DNA from: Raillietiella orientalis
Lineage: Eukaryota
DNA: 64,000 nt
Assembly (NCBI GenBank): GCA_036172245.1
Contig: JAYWIR010000007.1
Coordinates: 744,001-808,000 of the forward strand
Reading direction: 5' to 3'
Numbering within the stretch: position 1 is the first letter of the stretch; every line of letters starts with the position of its first letter. Both the position numbers and the translations under genes were made by a program. Below, piece after piece: positions 22,500 to 41,599 of the stretch. The notes below the pieces were generated by a model that saw nothing but the letters and a program-made list of their open reading frames with translations, was not told the origin of the DNA and did not search any database.

Positions 22500-25400
22500 A
22501 AACGAAGACGTCTGGAAAGCCGCATAGGAATTGATTTTTTTTTTTCTTTTCCTTTTTTTACGGCCTCTCCGGAGACGGCCTGCCTGGCATCTCTGCAGAT
22601 CCGAAAAATTATTGACTGTGCTATAGGATTTCGAGACGACGGCTCACGGAGCTGGTGAAGCCCGTCCGTGGATAGAGGAGTTTATTTTGGTGGGCAAGCA
22701 CGAAATGCGTGACGGGAGCCATCTTCTGACTTTTCTCCTGAAAACGACCTCTCTGCGGGACTGAACAGCTTAATCCACTCTCCACAGGTTTGAGCCTTCC
22801 GCTCCATGCCGAAACCGATAGGAATTCTCTTCGAAGGTCTTGCGGCTCAAAGAACGGAAGAGGAGAAACCAGCTTTCCGGAATGGAGAGATGAACTCTCA
22901 GGATCTCCTCGTCCCGGAGCCTAGATGTAATCCTGCAACTTCCTGGCATTCATTTGAAGCTGGAGATCGCAGTGCGCTCCTATTATCTAAAAAATGGATT
23001 CGTCTTTTGAGTCCTGCCATCTAGATGATGGCTCAGGGAATCCCGGTGCTCGGGGGTTCGGAGGCACGATCGAAGAAAGAGCGCACACCAGACCTCGAAT
23101 ACAGAGATGAAAAGGATGGGAAGCCACTGGGAAGATGAAGGTGATCGCTGATCATGGCCAGAGACGCAGATGTAAAACTGCGATACCCAAGAGCTCCAGT
23201 CTGCGGGAAGGAAAACTCAGGTGAGGAAGAAGTTACGAAGAATGGGAATGGATATATCATGACGAGCTGCAGCTAGGAAATCAGCGATGATAATAACCTC
23301 ACTGTTACATCGGTAAGAGGCATCTGATTATTTAGATGACGGTAGCCAGTCCCTTCATAAAGGTGCAGATGTATGGAGGCGGAGGTTTCACTTGCTCGTT
23401 GTGCATCTGTCGACCATACCGAGGTATCACACGCTATTCCTAGGATATGGGATTTTCATTCAAGCGTTTGTCTGCTTCAAATGTGGTCTCTAGCTTCGGT
23501 CTACGATATAAAGGTTTTATCATAGGCCGAGGCATTCCTTGACGAAATTCATGTTTCTGGAGCGAAAGTTGTCTTCGGCGCCTCAATTTATGTAGCACCT
23601 CGTTTAATCATTCTGAAATTTCTTTGTTTCTTAGGGGTGGATGATGTCTTGAGGGACTCATCAAACCATGCAACTGCATATCCGGGAAGGAAGAGGGGGG
23701 GCAGAAACTCTACAAGAAGGAGCAGACTGGGTTGGGGGAAGTCTGGAAGAAACCATCTGAATGCTTCAACCAAAGACGTGAACATGCTGAGTTGCAGCCT
23801 CATTAAGTTCGAGAAGGTGCATGTGGAAACAGAAGGAACGTTAGCAACTCTAGTTCCTTCCCTCCTGCTGCAGGACCCGAATCAAAGAATTTTTAATGGC
23901 GATACGAAAAAGAAAGCAACCAGACTGCTTCGTGAGCTTTCAGGAAATTCCGTGCTCCCGGAAAGCGAGGAACACGCCGGTGATCAGAGCTCCAGGGTTT
24001 CCTACTGTGATTTTCGTAACCAGGTCAGCGGAAGATCCCTACCCTTGGGTTTGTAACTGGCAGTTTTCGTTAAATTTCGAAAAAGAGGTTCCAGTGTGCC
24101 TCCCTAGGGATGCACGATGAAAGAGCATGCAATACTTCATGTTCTCGTTGAGTATTTCGCACGACAGTTTGTTCTCTTCCTCTGCAGAAATCGAAGATGA
24201 CCACTTCCTCTCAGAGTTGGCGAGTATGCTGATATATGCTGACAAAATCGCTACCCTGCTGACCTTTAGAGGGTTGAGAGCCGGAGAATGTGCTTTTATT
24301 ACTGTCTGCTCTTGCAAACAGCAAGAAAAGTGACCAATATTGAGATTCCCCTCGAATGCACATAACCGAATGGTCCGGCTTGTTATGATGTTGAGAGTGG
24401 GGAGAAGGAGTGCAAACAAATGAAGGAGGAAATTCCCATCATCTTCGAAGCCTTGCTCCTTTCCCCAACTCATCCTAATGACGAAGCTGTAGTTCTTGCT
24501 AGTGTTTTCAACACGGGCGGGTGACCGAACCTTCCGGTATACATTCGGGGAAATTTCTCATTGACTTAATGAGGAATGCATGGCGTCGTCCAGAGGCGCT
24601 TTTACAAACTTCAGGGGAACAAACAGCTCTCTCTACAGTCCTGACAGTTTTCGGACTTTTCGTAAGAAGCTCCTCTGGGATCATCTTATAGTGTTGCAAG
24701 GCTGACGGTGACTCATCCGATATGCCCAGTGGGTTACGAGGGAGCTCCGACTGTTTCTGAAGACTTCTCTTTCTCAGGAGGACTGTGGAATTCTTTCTTC
24801 AGGGCTTTGTCGCCGCTGACTGAGTCTAATTCGCCGAGAGATCCATCATGAGGCAGGTGCCCCTCTGGAGGAAAAGTGCATAGTCAGATTTCAGTATTTG
24901 CTCTTTGTTTTCCTGCCGATCTCTGTTTTTTTTTGAAAGGGCAGTCCATTACGATGATTCGGCCCTGACTTTGTAGTACGAGGTCTGGCCGGAGGCTGCT
25001 ACCCTTTCCTGGAGTTGACCGATCCGTGGATAACAGATTCCATTGACCACTGTCATCCTCTTGGCCTTGCGCCTAACTCACCTAGATTCCGTGAGTCGCA
25101 GGTGCAGTGGTTGATGATGTGCAGGAGAGACTCCTTACGAGACGTAGGCCTTCTGACGACTCCGTCTGCACGGTCTACCATGGGCGTGTCCCCTACAGGA
25201 ACGAGCTGAGCTGCATGCACGAAACGGTAAGAAACTGCAAACCGCACGTATCCACGAAGAGGCGTAAAGAGCAGCACCAACCCCATGCAAGATGTGCTTT
25301 TTCCCCAGCCTGGGTGATTTTCCAACGCACCATGCTTTCTTCCTCTTGTGCACGACCCAGAGGCACAGGAAGTGTCTCATTAGATGTTAACTACTCAGGG

Positions 25401-27700
25401 ATATATCCCAGCGCACTACGCTGGCACTCTCCGATGGTCCCTTGGGGATCTTCAGCTCTCCCTCCCATTGCCGTGTCATTTTCTGGATTCCAAGATCTCA
25501 AGGATTCCGTGACAAAAGCTCTTACTGCCGCAGTGACCCCTCGTGTGAGCAAAGCAGAGAGTCTTTTTCGACACCCACCCTCCTTCCGCTACTTCCTTTC
25601 TCCAAAGAGAGAATTCTCGCGGAGGCAGGCGGCGTCCTTCTAGGAAGTTTTAGTTCGATTACTCCTTCCCCTCTGTGGAGTGCCAAATCTGGTCAAAGTT
25701 TGAAGCCCATTTCCGGAATAGTCTGATTGGAACGATCTGCTCCCAGTGTTTCCCGCTTTCACTCTTGATCTTTTCCATGTCCTCCAGTCATCGTGGTTTT
25801 ATTGTCGATGAAGTGACTGAGGATGTGTCCTATCCAGGCACCACGCATCTCCCGCATGTGAGATCGGCGCCTTCCCGGGTGGGCTATGCTCTCAGAGTAT
25901 ATCCTTTTCGGCACTGGAGCGGCACGGGACGCAACAGGTTGGGATGGCGGCGACCTTCTTGAGGTACTTCTTCTCAGGCGATCGAGAGGATCCTAATTTG
26001 AAAGGTGCGGAGAGAGGAACTGGCTCTTATCCTTTAGAAAATGCAGAGAGCACTCAGGAGCCATCTATGATCTTCTTCCTAGTTCCTCCCATCTCCACCT
26101 TCTACACACATTCATTTCCTTTCATTTTCACCCACCTCCCTCCAGCTTTCCCCAAGCGGATCTCTCTGGCCATCAGGACAACTGCTCGACACCTGCCCTC
26201 TGGCACATCGTACACGTAGGACGTAGAATCTTACTAATATTGTATGTTTCTTGTTTTGTTTGTTGGAAATGAAGGCCCCGAATTCGCCGGATGCCAACAC
26301 GCAAGGCAGTGCATTGATCCGCTTCCTACAGATCCATCTACACTCTGCAAAGCTATCACTATAGCTAAACTGTTCACTAAACAGCAAAGGTCCCTGGCAT
26401 GAGGTGTTATCCCACGCAGTACATGTCCTTCCTTCTCTTTGATCCGGGTGTTTTGTGATGAGAACCGCACTTGTCTTGCGCAGGGTGAGGGTGATTTTCT
26501 TTCTCACGTGTTTTCCGAGAGTGGGGTCGTTGCAGTAGCGAACGTCCACTTCACCTTTGTTCAGCCGGAGGTACTTGCCTGTACCCATCTCCGCTTTTGA
26601 TGTCGCCATAAAGTTTTTCCTGCTTTCCTTCGATCAGCCATCAATCATCCCCAGATCGATCCTCGATCAGGTGAGGTGCTCATTCGGATCACCTAAGGTG
26701 CTGTTTCGATTTCTTTCGCTGCCGATGAGTGACACTAGAGTTGCTTTTCGTGCATCTCTGTGGAACTTGCGGTTTGGTCGCTTCTGCTCGAACGGAGCCA
26801 TCGACTGTGCACTGACAGGTGCGCTGCCAAGTCCTGCTCTAGCAGCATTTCTGGAGCAGTACCGCGTTGGAATTGCAGTTTCCGTGTTTTTTTCTGGTCA
26901 ACTTGAAGGTGATGCTTTTTTTTCTTCTTTTCTTTCCCCTTCTAAAATGCATTTGTCATCGTGGTGACCATGCTCTTGGAATTGGACTGTTTTCTTCCAC
27001 TACAGCATAGAATCTTGTCGTCCGGTACAACGGCAATTACGCAGGCACGGAGGCTCCCTGGCTCTTGGCCACCAACTACTGTTGGATGTACAAATGCAAT
27101 ACTCCATCTGTTCATATCCGTCATATCCTCGATTAGCCTCTCTAAGTCTGAAAACCTGTCTGGAACATCTGAAAGGTGGCTCCGAGGCATACAAGATCAT
27201 ATGAACTGCAGGATGTCCGTATGAGAGCTGTATGAGAGCGCGGTGTACGGTGGACGAAGAAAAGTCCTCAACCGTCATCGGAGATCTCATATTTGATCGC
27301 AACACGCGTCAGGCTGTCGCGCTCACGGCGCATTTGAGTGATGAGCGGCATTCCGTCACTGAAATCCCTTGAAGGACATGCTGTGGTTTCACCGTGCACC
27401 TTCGAGGCACTTTTCACGCACGCAGAAAGCGAAATGCGGCTCTTTGGTTAAAGATCTAACCGTCCTTCTTCTTGCCTCAGTGTACCGTTTATGAAAGAAA
27501 GCAGCATCCCCAAGCGAAGGGTAGGGCCTCCTGCACAGGAAATGCACGGTGTGGGGCGAGGCACATAATAAACCATTGTGTTCAGCTGTCAGGGGGCACA
27601 GGCAAGATGCACAGCGACCTTTCAGACCAAATGAGAAAAGTGAATCGGGCTGTTTACAAGGCAGAGCAGGAACGGTAAGGTAGCAGCGTGAAGCTTTGCA
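22500..27700 (-). mobile_element. Old, possibly near-full-length L1/Tx1-like LINE fossil
   Basis: On minus, in order: ORF1-like segment with decayed zinc knuckle EHGHHDDKC (about 26950-26980), endonuclease-like segments (about 26000-26450), linker ISAEEENKLSCEI (about 24150-24200), SLVEAFRWF (cf. DxEKAFD, about 23760), FRQGMP (about 23540), and ADWSS-GIAV (about 23190, matching PDWSSLGIP of the young copy). It has many stops and frameshifts. Confidence 0.45.
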
Positions 27701-30700
27701 ATGGTGGAGGTAGCCAAACACACGAGAGCTCAAAGAAGAGCTCGTCACTCAAAATCATAACTTCCAGTTGTACAATGTGGAATACACGGTATACAGAGTA
27801 TCGAGCAGAGAAGTAAAACTTTTTCTCTTTAGGGGGAGCGGCAGCGGAATGTTTGCCGTTTTTGCTCCTGGTTATCGAAGACATCGGTATTTTTTGAATG
27901 GGCCTTGGATGCGGCAGCAGGTGCAGAAGTCCAGAACTGACAGTTGACATTTCCTTTCAAGAACTCCTAAATGAAAGGACTGTCCGTTCCTCTAAAAACC
28001 AAGCAAAAGGATGTAGATGAATCATAACGAACTGCAGTTAAGAAAACATGATCGGCAGCATCGAAAACATGGCAAAATGGAAAGGCAAAACAGATTCCAT
28101 TGATTTTGGACCACATAAGCTCCTGTTTGCATATGTCTTCTGCCTTTACGGATGGAAAATCCCTTCATAGGTTCCTTCCAAATCGCAGTAGTCCTATCCA
28201 GCAGCCCAAGCATCCATCTAATCTTATTTCATCATTCATGTGCTTGCTGAAGAGGTCTGTCCCCAGAGCTCGCAAATCCCGAATTCTCCTCGGGTTTCTC
28301 AACTTCACGTCATCAGAATTTCCAAGTCTCTGCTCGCTGACACATTGCTGCAGAAAGACGTGGAAACTCGAGATGTTCATACTCGTGATGATAGAGATGT
28401 GACGATTGTCGGATTGACTCCAACTCTCGACTCGAGATCTTGAGTGGTCGTGTTCTTGCACGTTCCTGCCTTGCTGAGATTCCGTTGATACGGTTGGGCA
28501 AGGGAAAATTCTGCGGTGAGGTTTCAGCACACCAAAAGGACCCTACGTTCTTAGGGTTCCTTTGTCCCTTTGAAGTGCTCTCGTAGGACGCCGCTGTTAA
28601 CAAGAAAGTTCTCTTCGTTTCCTCTAATGATGTATGATGCATCCTGATAGCCATGTAAGTTTTTTTTTTCCTCGCCGTACACTTTAATGATAGCAGCTCA
28701 TGTCCGACTGTATTCATTTGATGCTCTGAAGTGTCCTGTGACAGCTAGCAGTGTGACGCACCATCTTAATCTAGAGATAATGCGCTGGCCATGAAGTTTA
28801 TTCTCTTGTACACTTGGAGCAAGGTCTTATCTTAGCATCGATAGAAGCGGCGCGGGATGTAGGAGTGTAGAGATTTCGGTTACCTTTGCCTAAAAATCAT
28901 CTGTTTAGGAATAGAGAGTTCCTCACCGAACTCGATCTGGAATTACTTTTTTTTTCCTGTGCGTGTGTGTGTGTGCCCCTGTAGGTACAGAGGCAGAAGC
29001 GAATTTCCTAGAATCATACATTTTTATGATTCAACCTAATGCCAGTCATCATGATTATCAGTGGGCCGAAGAGTCCGATTCCTGAGTCATCTTCGGAATT
29101 TCAATAATCCTGACAAACTGCAAAACCGAAGCTCAAGACATATGAATCTAAGAAACACATGTACATAGATGCACATTAGCGTTCGATAATTACACGACAC
29201 TAGAGCAGTATTCCTTTTTTTTTCTTTTTTTTTCAAGGAATTTGCATGGTTCTCGTATTCAGGAGAAAAAGAAAAACGAGCGCAGTGTTTTCAAATGATA
29301 GCTTTGAACAAAAATCTTTGCATAATCGAAAAATCAGCGAATGGTCACACACATGTTGGCACAAATATTCATGCATGTATTAAGCAGGCAGGATGTTTGG
29401 TTCGCACATTTCTCTAAGGAAGTTTGAAAAGAACAGCTTTAAAGAAAAAAAAGGCAATGAATCTCGGAGAGGTAATTATGAAATGCTAAGTATCGTAAAC
29501 GAGCAAAGGAAAATTCATCCCCCAAATTGCAGCTTTCAGCAACCCATAACTCCGTCCTATTATCTAATGTAATCACTGATTATTGCAATGGTATCAGCAG
29601 CAATGTATTTGCTCCTGCCAACTTGCAGGAACTGTTCCTTTTGCTCTTTTGTATGCCAATAACGGTACACAGTACCAATAGCAACACTGCTCTGGTGTGA
29701 CACGGATCTTTCTGAGCTATACGAATATCCAATTTTAACCAGACATGAATGAAGGAAACCTAATGTTAACACAGTTGTGATGAGAAAGAGAATACCACAG
29801 GTATCATAATATCTTGCTTCTTTGGATTCGAAGCGAATGGAGGTGCATCGAGGTGAATCTGCATGCCAATCAACTGTGAGGAACCTTTGCCTTTCTCTAA
29901 GCATTCAACTGGAAGTTGAAAAGTACGGATTAAGTATCACAGACTCCAGACAATGATGAAGTCTTACGATTCTGCAAACCGCAAAGATGCCACTTTGCCT
30001 ACCAGGAGGAAAGATCGGAAGTAGATCACAGGAGAAGATTCGTAACTGATTCTTCCCTCAAAGCACAAATGATTCTCTGTTCTGCGCACAGATACACCGT
30101 GCTGCCTTTTTTTTTTTTTTTACTCAGAAATGCACGTCAGATGCCTTTCAATTAGTGTGAGCAATCTGGAGAATGTTCATAGGTAGTTAATGCACGATAA
30201 GTACCACCTCTTGCCCTTCCCTCATCAAGGGCTCTCAGAAGACAGAAAGCGTTGGGCAAGAAGTGAGCCCTGAAAGTGCGGAAAGTACATGTGTAGCTTC
30301 GAATTCTTTTTGGAAGGCTTAACAAATTGGGAAATCGAATGGAAAAAAAAATCATTTGTGGGCACGGAGGAAAACTGAAGCGACGACTCGTGTTATTTAA
30401 ATACATTTAATGCATGCAGAGTTAAGTATATTTTTTGGACGTCTTGTAAAAAAAAAAAAAAAAAAACTCTCCTTCCTGCAGTAATCCTATTATCTACATG
30501 AACAACATAAACTGACTGTGTCGAGGTTCATCATTTTCATAAAACGAGTAGATACGGCAACCCTGTAAGCATGGTTTCCTAGGAACGCTAGCTAATTATT
30601 TTTATGCTATCTCTTTTCGAACGGACCCTCACGTACTCTTAGGTGCACATTAAATTCATTAGATCTCACAAGTTGACCATTCCTTCCAATTTGAAGTAAT

Positions 30701-31299
30701 CATGTGGGGAGTAGTAACTTGACATCATTCACGTAATTCTGTACATATTTTGATTTGATGCGATTTTGTGATTCTGTACATCCCTCAAAATACGTGTGAA
30801 CCGATGAAACTTTAGTTTAAAAGGAAAGTTTTGAAGGGAAAGTCCTCCGTGCTTGGATTCCATTTTGCTTCATTTTTTCGCAAGGAAAGAGGACGGGGTT
30901 TTTACGAACAAACTTGCAAATAGAGGCAGCATCTCAATTCTTATAGAAAATAGAGAGACTGTTTAACAAGCGGCAACGCGTCATTGACCGAGATTTAATA
31001 AGCTGTTGATTAGGGTTTATGTCAGAATTCAATCAAAATCAGAGGTGGGATAATCAAAGATAGCTGACTTTTATGATTTGGACTTGAGAACCAAATTATG
31101 TTTCTGTTCTTCCCCCACGAGTACTCATTAGAATTACATAACGGGGAAGTAAAGCAGTTAAACAGTTACTGGAGTTTTATTATATTTGGCTACTTATAAT
31201 GTGGGATGAAACTCAAACCACACTTGGACAATTTTTTATCTGAGCTCGAAATTTACAAGCATCATTATGATTTCGTGAGCTCAGTAGGGAGTGGCCTTT

Positions 31300-32460
31300 A
31301 TCGTATGAAGATGTCAGCCTCCCGGCTCCAATACGCAAAGATTTTTGAATTCATACTTTTCTTAATACGTAGACTGTATCTCTGTTTTTCACATTTCGTT
31401 GCTTTCTTAGAACCATATGTGTTTTAACTGAGGTGCTCTCAAGCTTTCTCATCTCGATGATCATCGCAAACTCCCAGTTCCTTAAATGAATCTGGAATTG
31501 ATTTTCATCCCTCAGATTCATGCTCACGTCCTGATCTTTGAGAGTAAAGACTTCCGTGATTCCGTGAAAACCAAAGGTGGCCACCAAGCAGTTCTTAGAT
31601 CGAATTCGAATTTTCGAATAAACTATATAACAAGAAATGGACTATACGAGTTTACTTCATCAAGTAAATAAGGCACACCTATTTCTTTTCTGCTGCTCGG
31701 TGTCCTGGTCTCCAAAGATATACGGTTTCCCAGGATTGGTTATTAGACTTTCCATTGATTGAAACGAACAGGAAGACTCTTTAACAGGCCGCGTGCAGAT
31801 CCCATGTTTTGAATTTGCTTCCGGAAACATACAAAAATCCAACTTGGTGTTCAATGATGAAAAGTCACATCGACGGGAAAGTCTCCTAATCGGTGCATAG
31901 TAAAGTCTCTCGTGCAAGAGACAGGGATCTGGAATTCTGTTGCCAAAATTCCGGATTCATGATAGATACAGTAGGTCGGAAGTTTGTTCAGGTTCAGTCA
32001 GTTCAGTAATTACGATGCCATAAGATAGATATTAATCCAAACTTCCATTTAATTGATTGTGCTGAATTAACTGACAACTCCTCTGAGAGTACTTTGATGA
32101 ACTAAGGAAAGAATCAGCCAAATTATTAGACTGATGCTTTGAAGTAATCATTCTATTGAAAATCTTATTAGAATTGGTCAACATAATCATAAAAATTGTC
32201 AGCCATAACAGAGTAATTAAATCAGGTAAAATAAATTGACATGCTAAAGGTATAATGTCCTTGAACTTTAGGCATTACAAAGATACTTCTGATTATAGGT
32301 TCGAGTGCTTTAGGAAAATAGAGTTCATACTTGAAGACGATGCATTTATTTGTCTTTATATAACCTAATATTCTGCCATCGATGCATCTTAAAAAGGAAA
32401 ACTTTCGATTTTTCCTATTTTCATGTTTCCATCTTTTCTTTAAATCAAACAGCAACTGTA
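31300..32460 (-). mobile_element. AT-rich decayed L1-like RT remnant
   Basis: KALEPIIRSI...KVQG, a frameshifted L-YADN, SEELSVNSAQS (cf. SGLxINxxKS) and a YL-GI-like segment, in correct order. Confidence 0.4.
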
Positions 32461-35400
32461 CCATATGGTTATGACGATGAGTACACTAAAACACACATTT
32501 ACATACTTAGGACGTACGTTATGCATGCTATGCTTGCATCAAGACATACTTAAAATGTGTGTATTTAACGTATTGTGTTCATGGAGCTGTTGGAGGTATT
32601 TCTATTTATCTTCTATGCCTTTGGAGATGAGGACCAGGTATGTTTGGTTCTACTGAGCTGGTGAAGTGAAGCATTCAAATACGTGCACATATATTATGTG
32701 TGTTGTGTTCATTCCGTTCTCGATGGTATTAATATATCAATAGAGAGGGGAGATGTAGTTACTATACTTGGTCCTGTTAATGCTTTGCTGTAGTAGATTT
32801 ACCACTCTTCCTATTCGGTCTTCTGAATTCAGCTAACTTGTTAGCATCAGTCTCACCTTCTATGATCGCTTTATAGTGGAGAGTATCAGATCTATGAGTA
32901 CCGATGCTCACACGCTATGCATTAATTATGTTGTCCGTTATATCCACTAACTACAAGTAAACGTTTGCAAGTACATTCACAGGACTGCATATTTACTTGC
33001 TTTAAAGACTTATCAGTATTCATTTGAGCGTTCTCATCAGTGATAATAATTATATATGCATAATGTAAATGTATCTGTACAATGATTGTTTTAATATGTA
33101 TCCGTATCTGGGGATACATAGCTATACAAAACAAATATCTGCTGTCAATGACGACGTTAAAACAAATTTATAGAAGCATACAAACTAACTTATTTTCAAA
33201 GGAATTATAAATGATAGAAGGAAGTTTCAGAAAATCATAGTGAAATTTAAGTAACAAAAGTGAGAAGTGGAACACAAGTGAAGCCTGTGAAAACGGGAGA
33301 AAAACATTGTTCAGAGAAAAGTCCAAAAATGTAGAATGACTAATTGAAAAAAAAAAAAAAAAAAAAAAAACAGAAACAACGAATTCAACTCCAAAACGAA
33401 TTTTTTCTTTATCATTATGGAATATGAAAATGCAGCTAAATTCAAATAATTACATCTTGTCCCTTTCGAACAGAAGTGACACATACTCTATTATAGTTGC
33501 AATTTAAAGTTGCAATGGCGAAAACTCATTGAAAGCCAAACTTGGAGTAACAAAGTAATCGAAACTTTCTAATTATAATTTCAAGCATAATTCAATTCCA
33601 GGGATTTTTTTTTTTTTTTTGATAAAATCGCTGATACTTCAGAACTTGGTATGCTCAAAATATTTCTCCAGCTCACTGCTTTCTACGTGAAAACTTTCCT
33701 GTTTTCGGAAACAGTCTTTCTCCCACGTTTCTAGCAGATTTAGTCTTGGATCCGGCCTCGTTTCCCATTTACTGTACAGTTGAAGTGACCTATGTGCCCT
33801 AGCCATTCAGCTTTTCTGCTCAACGCAAACGCCTTTTTTCACCTATACTTCTGTACATGCGGCTACTCCCGTTGCCAGAAGTCCAAAGCCATTTTCTTGG
33901 GTATATGCGGTTCGCTCGTCTCGGCCTGCCTTCAGTTTCAAATCACTCTTGCAGCAAAAGTGTCCCGCGGTTGACCACTTTCCTCTTCCATTCCTTCCCG
34001 GATCATAAAGTCGATTCTGCTTGTCAGCAGGGATCGAAGTGGCCTTCCTTCGATAAATCCAGGCTTTGAGCGGGATTTGCTCGTTTCGTCTGTCCACGGT
34101 TTTGCCACTTCCTAGGAACGACTTCCGGCAAGGCTTCCGGTTCGACCGCCTCCCTTTCTTCTGTGGTGGTCGCGTTCTGGAACTGCATCTCCAGCCTCCG
34201 AGCTTTTGTGTACACCACTGCTGGGAGGCCGGTGGAATTGCACGTTCAACAGATTGCTTAACGTACGAAGCCGACCGTGAACCCATTCCGAAGGGAGTTC
34301 GTTGTGGCGTGCGGATGGAACGAGGAAAACGGTCCAGAGTGAGCCACTCGGGGTGGCAGATCTGCCCAAGACGTGATGTGTTTCGTTTCCCTCGAGGGAA
34401 TGGGGGGGGGGTCCGGTGGGTCGTTCGAGCAACGTGTTGAACCGTTTAAATGGTGGTCGTGTCGCTGTAGAGGTGCCCCACATTCTGGAATGGGTTGTTC
34501 GAGTTTGCACCGTATTTTTTTTTTTTTTTTCGAGCATTTGCATTTGGGGGACGAATCTTTTAGTGGGAAGCCAAAACGAACGAGCAGAAACCGTTTTCCT
34601 TGCTTGCAATTCGTGATTTTGTGGCAGTCTCCATGCAGGACAGAATGAAGCAATGCAAACGATGAAGTGAAGGATGAAGGACAGCGTTGGAATGGAGATT
34701 GCCTGCTACATTTCAAAGAGAAAAGATTGCATTTGTGGACTGTGTACCTCCAGTGTTTCCGAACACGTTACCAATTTCCCAATCAGCCAAGTTATCGAAA
34801 TTGCAAAAGTGTTTTGTAACCTGTGTGTACTATGTATGGCATTATTATTGTATTCACGATTCACGTGTGCTTTTCCGTGTAGCCTAAGAAAAATTTCGAG
34901 TCAAAGTTTGTATGGAAGGGAAAAAAAAGTACGGGTTTTATGGCCGCTGTTTACATTGCAGTTTATTTGTTTCAACCCGGGGTGTTTTTTTCTTTGGTTC
35001 AGAATTTAATATCAAGTCACCGTAAAGTGGACTAAGGTTATTATTAGTAAATACTAAAACAGTGAATACCAAATTCATCTATTTAGAAATACATGTACGA
35101 TAATTCGTCATCATGCATGGTTAAGTATTCATGGATGTTTACCGAGAACAAGTGTTTCCTTGATTGTAACTTTCAACTTTGGTTTGTAAAGTTTTGTTAA
35201 CATGTTAATTCCAGCGTGAAAGCTTTGCCTAGTTTCATTAGTAATTGCAACCAGAAGAACCATAAGTTTTCTTATTTAAATATTTCATTACTTATCAAAT
35301 TTTAATAGACTAGTATCAACTTTCAACTTGAAAGAAAGAATGAATGCCGTATATTATTTAGGACTTGTTGATCCATTTTTCATGGATTGTAATTTTCAAG

Positions 35401-36372
35401 TTATAAATGCTAAGCATGTAGCTGCAAGAATACTTATGAGATTCTTGTTATTGTTAGTAAGTTTTCAAGCAGATGTTATTTGTAAATATCGGTATTTTGA
35501 TCAAACAGTTATTGGGACTAAGTTTTTCATTAAACTTTTATTAACTTTGACTGTGCCAACTTTGTAATTGATCATCGGGAATGCATTTTTTTTTTTACTC
35601 ATAAAACTGAATTCTATACTCGTCAACCACGATCGGATTCATTATATTCTAGCATTTCAAATGTGGAAGTTAAAAAAAAAAAAATGCAGCATTAAGCATA
35701 CAATTTTACAGACAAAATACTGCTTTTATGGAGACTGTAGCAAACCCTTGTTTTTTTCCATGTAGATGGTTCATGGAAACGTTAGAATCATTTGAAATTT
35801 AAATAACTTTTTTTTCTGTGTTTTCTGAATTGTTTTCAAGATTTTCAGTCTCGAAATTGTTTGCCTTTTGGATACATTCATGTTTTTTTTTTTTTGGTAT
35901 GAGTGGAGAGTCATCTGTCAGTCAAATGGACCAGAAAGAAGAGAAAGATTGTGATTATTTCAATCCTTAATAAAAGTCCTGTATTAATCATGTATTTGTG
36001 TGGGTAATGTGTAATAATGGCTGCAACTTATTTTTGTTTGTATTGTGCATATTGTTGTTGATATGTGTTTTCTGTTTCTCATGCTTAAAACTTCTGTCAT
36101 TAATAATTGAGTAAAGCATTCAGTGTGAGATAGGATAAGGTACATTTTATTTTCAAATTAACTATTTAAAGAATGAGAATGAGAATCAAATTTTTTTCTT
36201 TTTTGTGCTTTAATGCATCTTAAAGTTAACATTGGCCTTTTGGATGGTTTGCAATCCAAAAGGTCTTATAGAAAGGTACTCATAAGTAAATTGTAGATTT
36301 ATTTGCAAAACTAAATTAGTTTATCACACTGATCGTATTTTTTTGTCTTTCTGTACTATCTTCACAATTTAA

Positions 36373-40620
<4,248 letters not shown>

Positions 40621-41599
40621 TCTTTGATCATATTTAGAATTATTAGCCTTTGAACACTTGTTTTACACTTTTTACTCTCAGTCAAAAAAAAAAAAAATTA
40701 ATTTTTAAATGCTTTGAATACGAAGCAATTAAAATACTTTTAACCATATTAGCTGTTGAATTCATTCTTTTGTACGGTATATCTGAAATTGTTTCTTGGA
40801 CGTCTTGCTTCGAAAGTTTTGATTTGCAGGCTTCTCGCTTGGAAACGAATCGTTTCTCTTGTTGAGCGCCCCGTTTGATGGAACCACAAGCAAGGAGGAA
40901 AATGCTCCAGATCTGTTTTTCGCCGTGTGTTGCTTAGAGACTTCCACTTCGAAAGTGCACCCAGCTTGCTGTTTTAGCATCTGTGCCTTTTTGTTGCATC
41001 TTATTCTAGTGCTCATTTTATTGCTCATTCTTTGCAATATTAAGTTCAGCGTTCCCTTGAAGCTTCATATGTTGAAAATTATGATGAAAAGAGCGTTAGC
41101 TGCGCCCTAGTGTTTGTGACATAAAGAAATGCTTCCTCATTTTTTTTTTTTTTTTTTTTTTTTATTGTATCTCTAAATTTAGCCTGATCTTTTCGTTTGT
41201 TGCACTTTTTCCCCTGTAATTTGGATGTTTGTCTTTAGATAGATCTTCATCCTTTTGTGATCCGAAATGCTATTACTGCCCCTTCTGTTGATGATGAACT
41301 GTGACATCCATCTTGGTTTTCCTTCGATTGTAAATAAATGGTTTGCGTTGAATGACACGCTGCCCCCGTTTTGATCAACATGTTGTCAAAAATGATGTTG
41401 AATAAAGTTTTTTTTTTAATCTTATGGTCCAAGAGTTTACAAACTGATTGGGCGCGAGAGATGCCACACTCCTTTCTTTTTACGAGTTGGGAAACGAAAG
41501 TAGCACCGGAAGTGTCGAGCCGTATGCATCTGCAGAAGGGGCAGCCCTCGAGTTCTCGGATGTGGAGGAAACAGTACGTGAAATGCCTCGAGTCCTATC

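Noticed and set aside
29560..29904. 114-aa ORF with a hydrophobic stretch
   Set aside because: It has no recognisable homology or splice context, so it cannot be supported.
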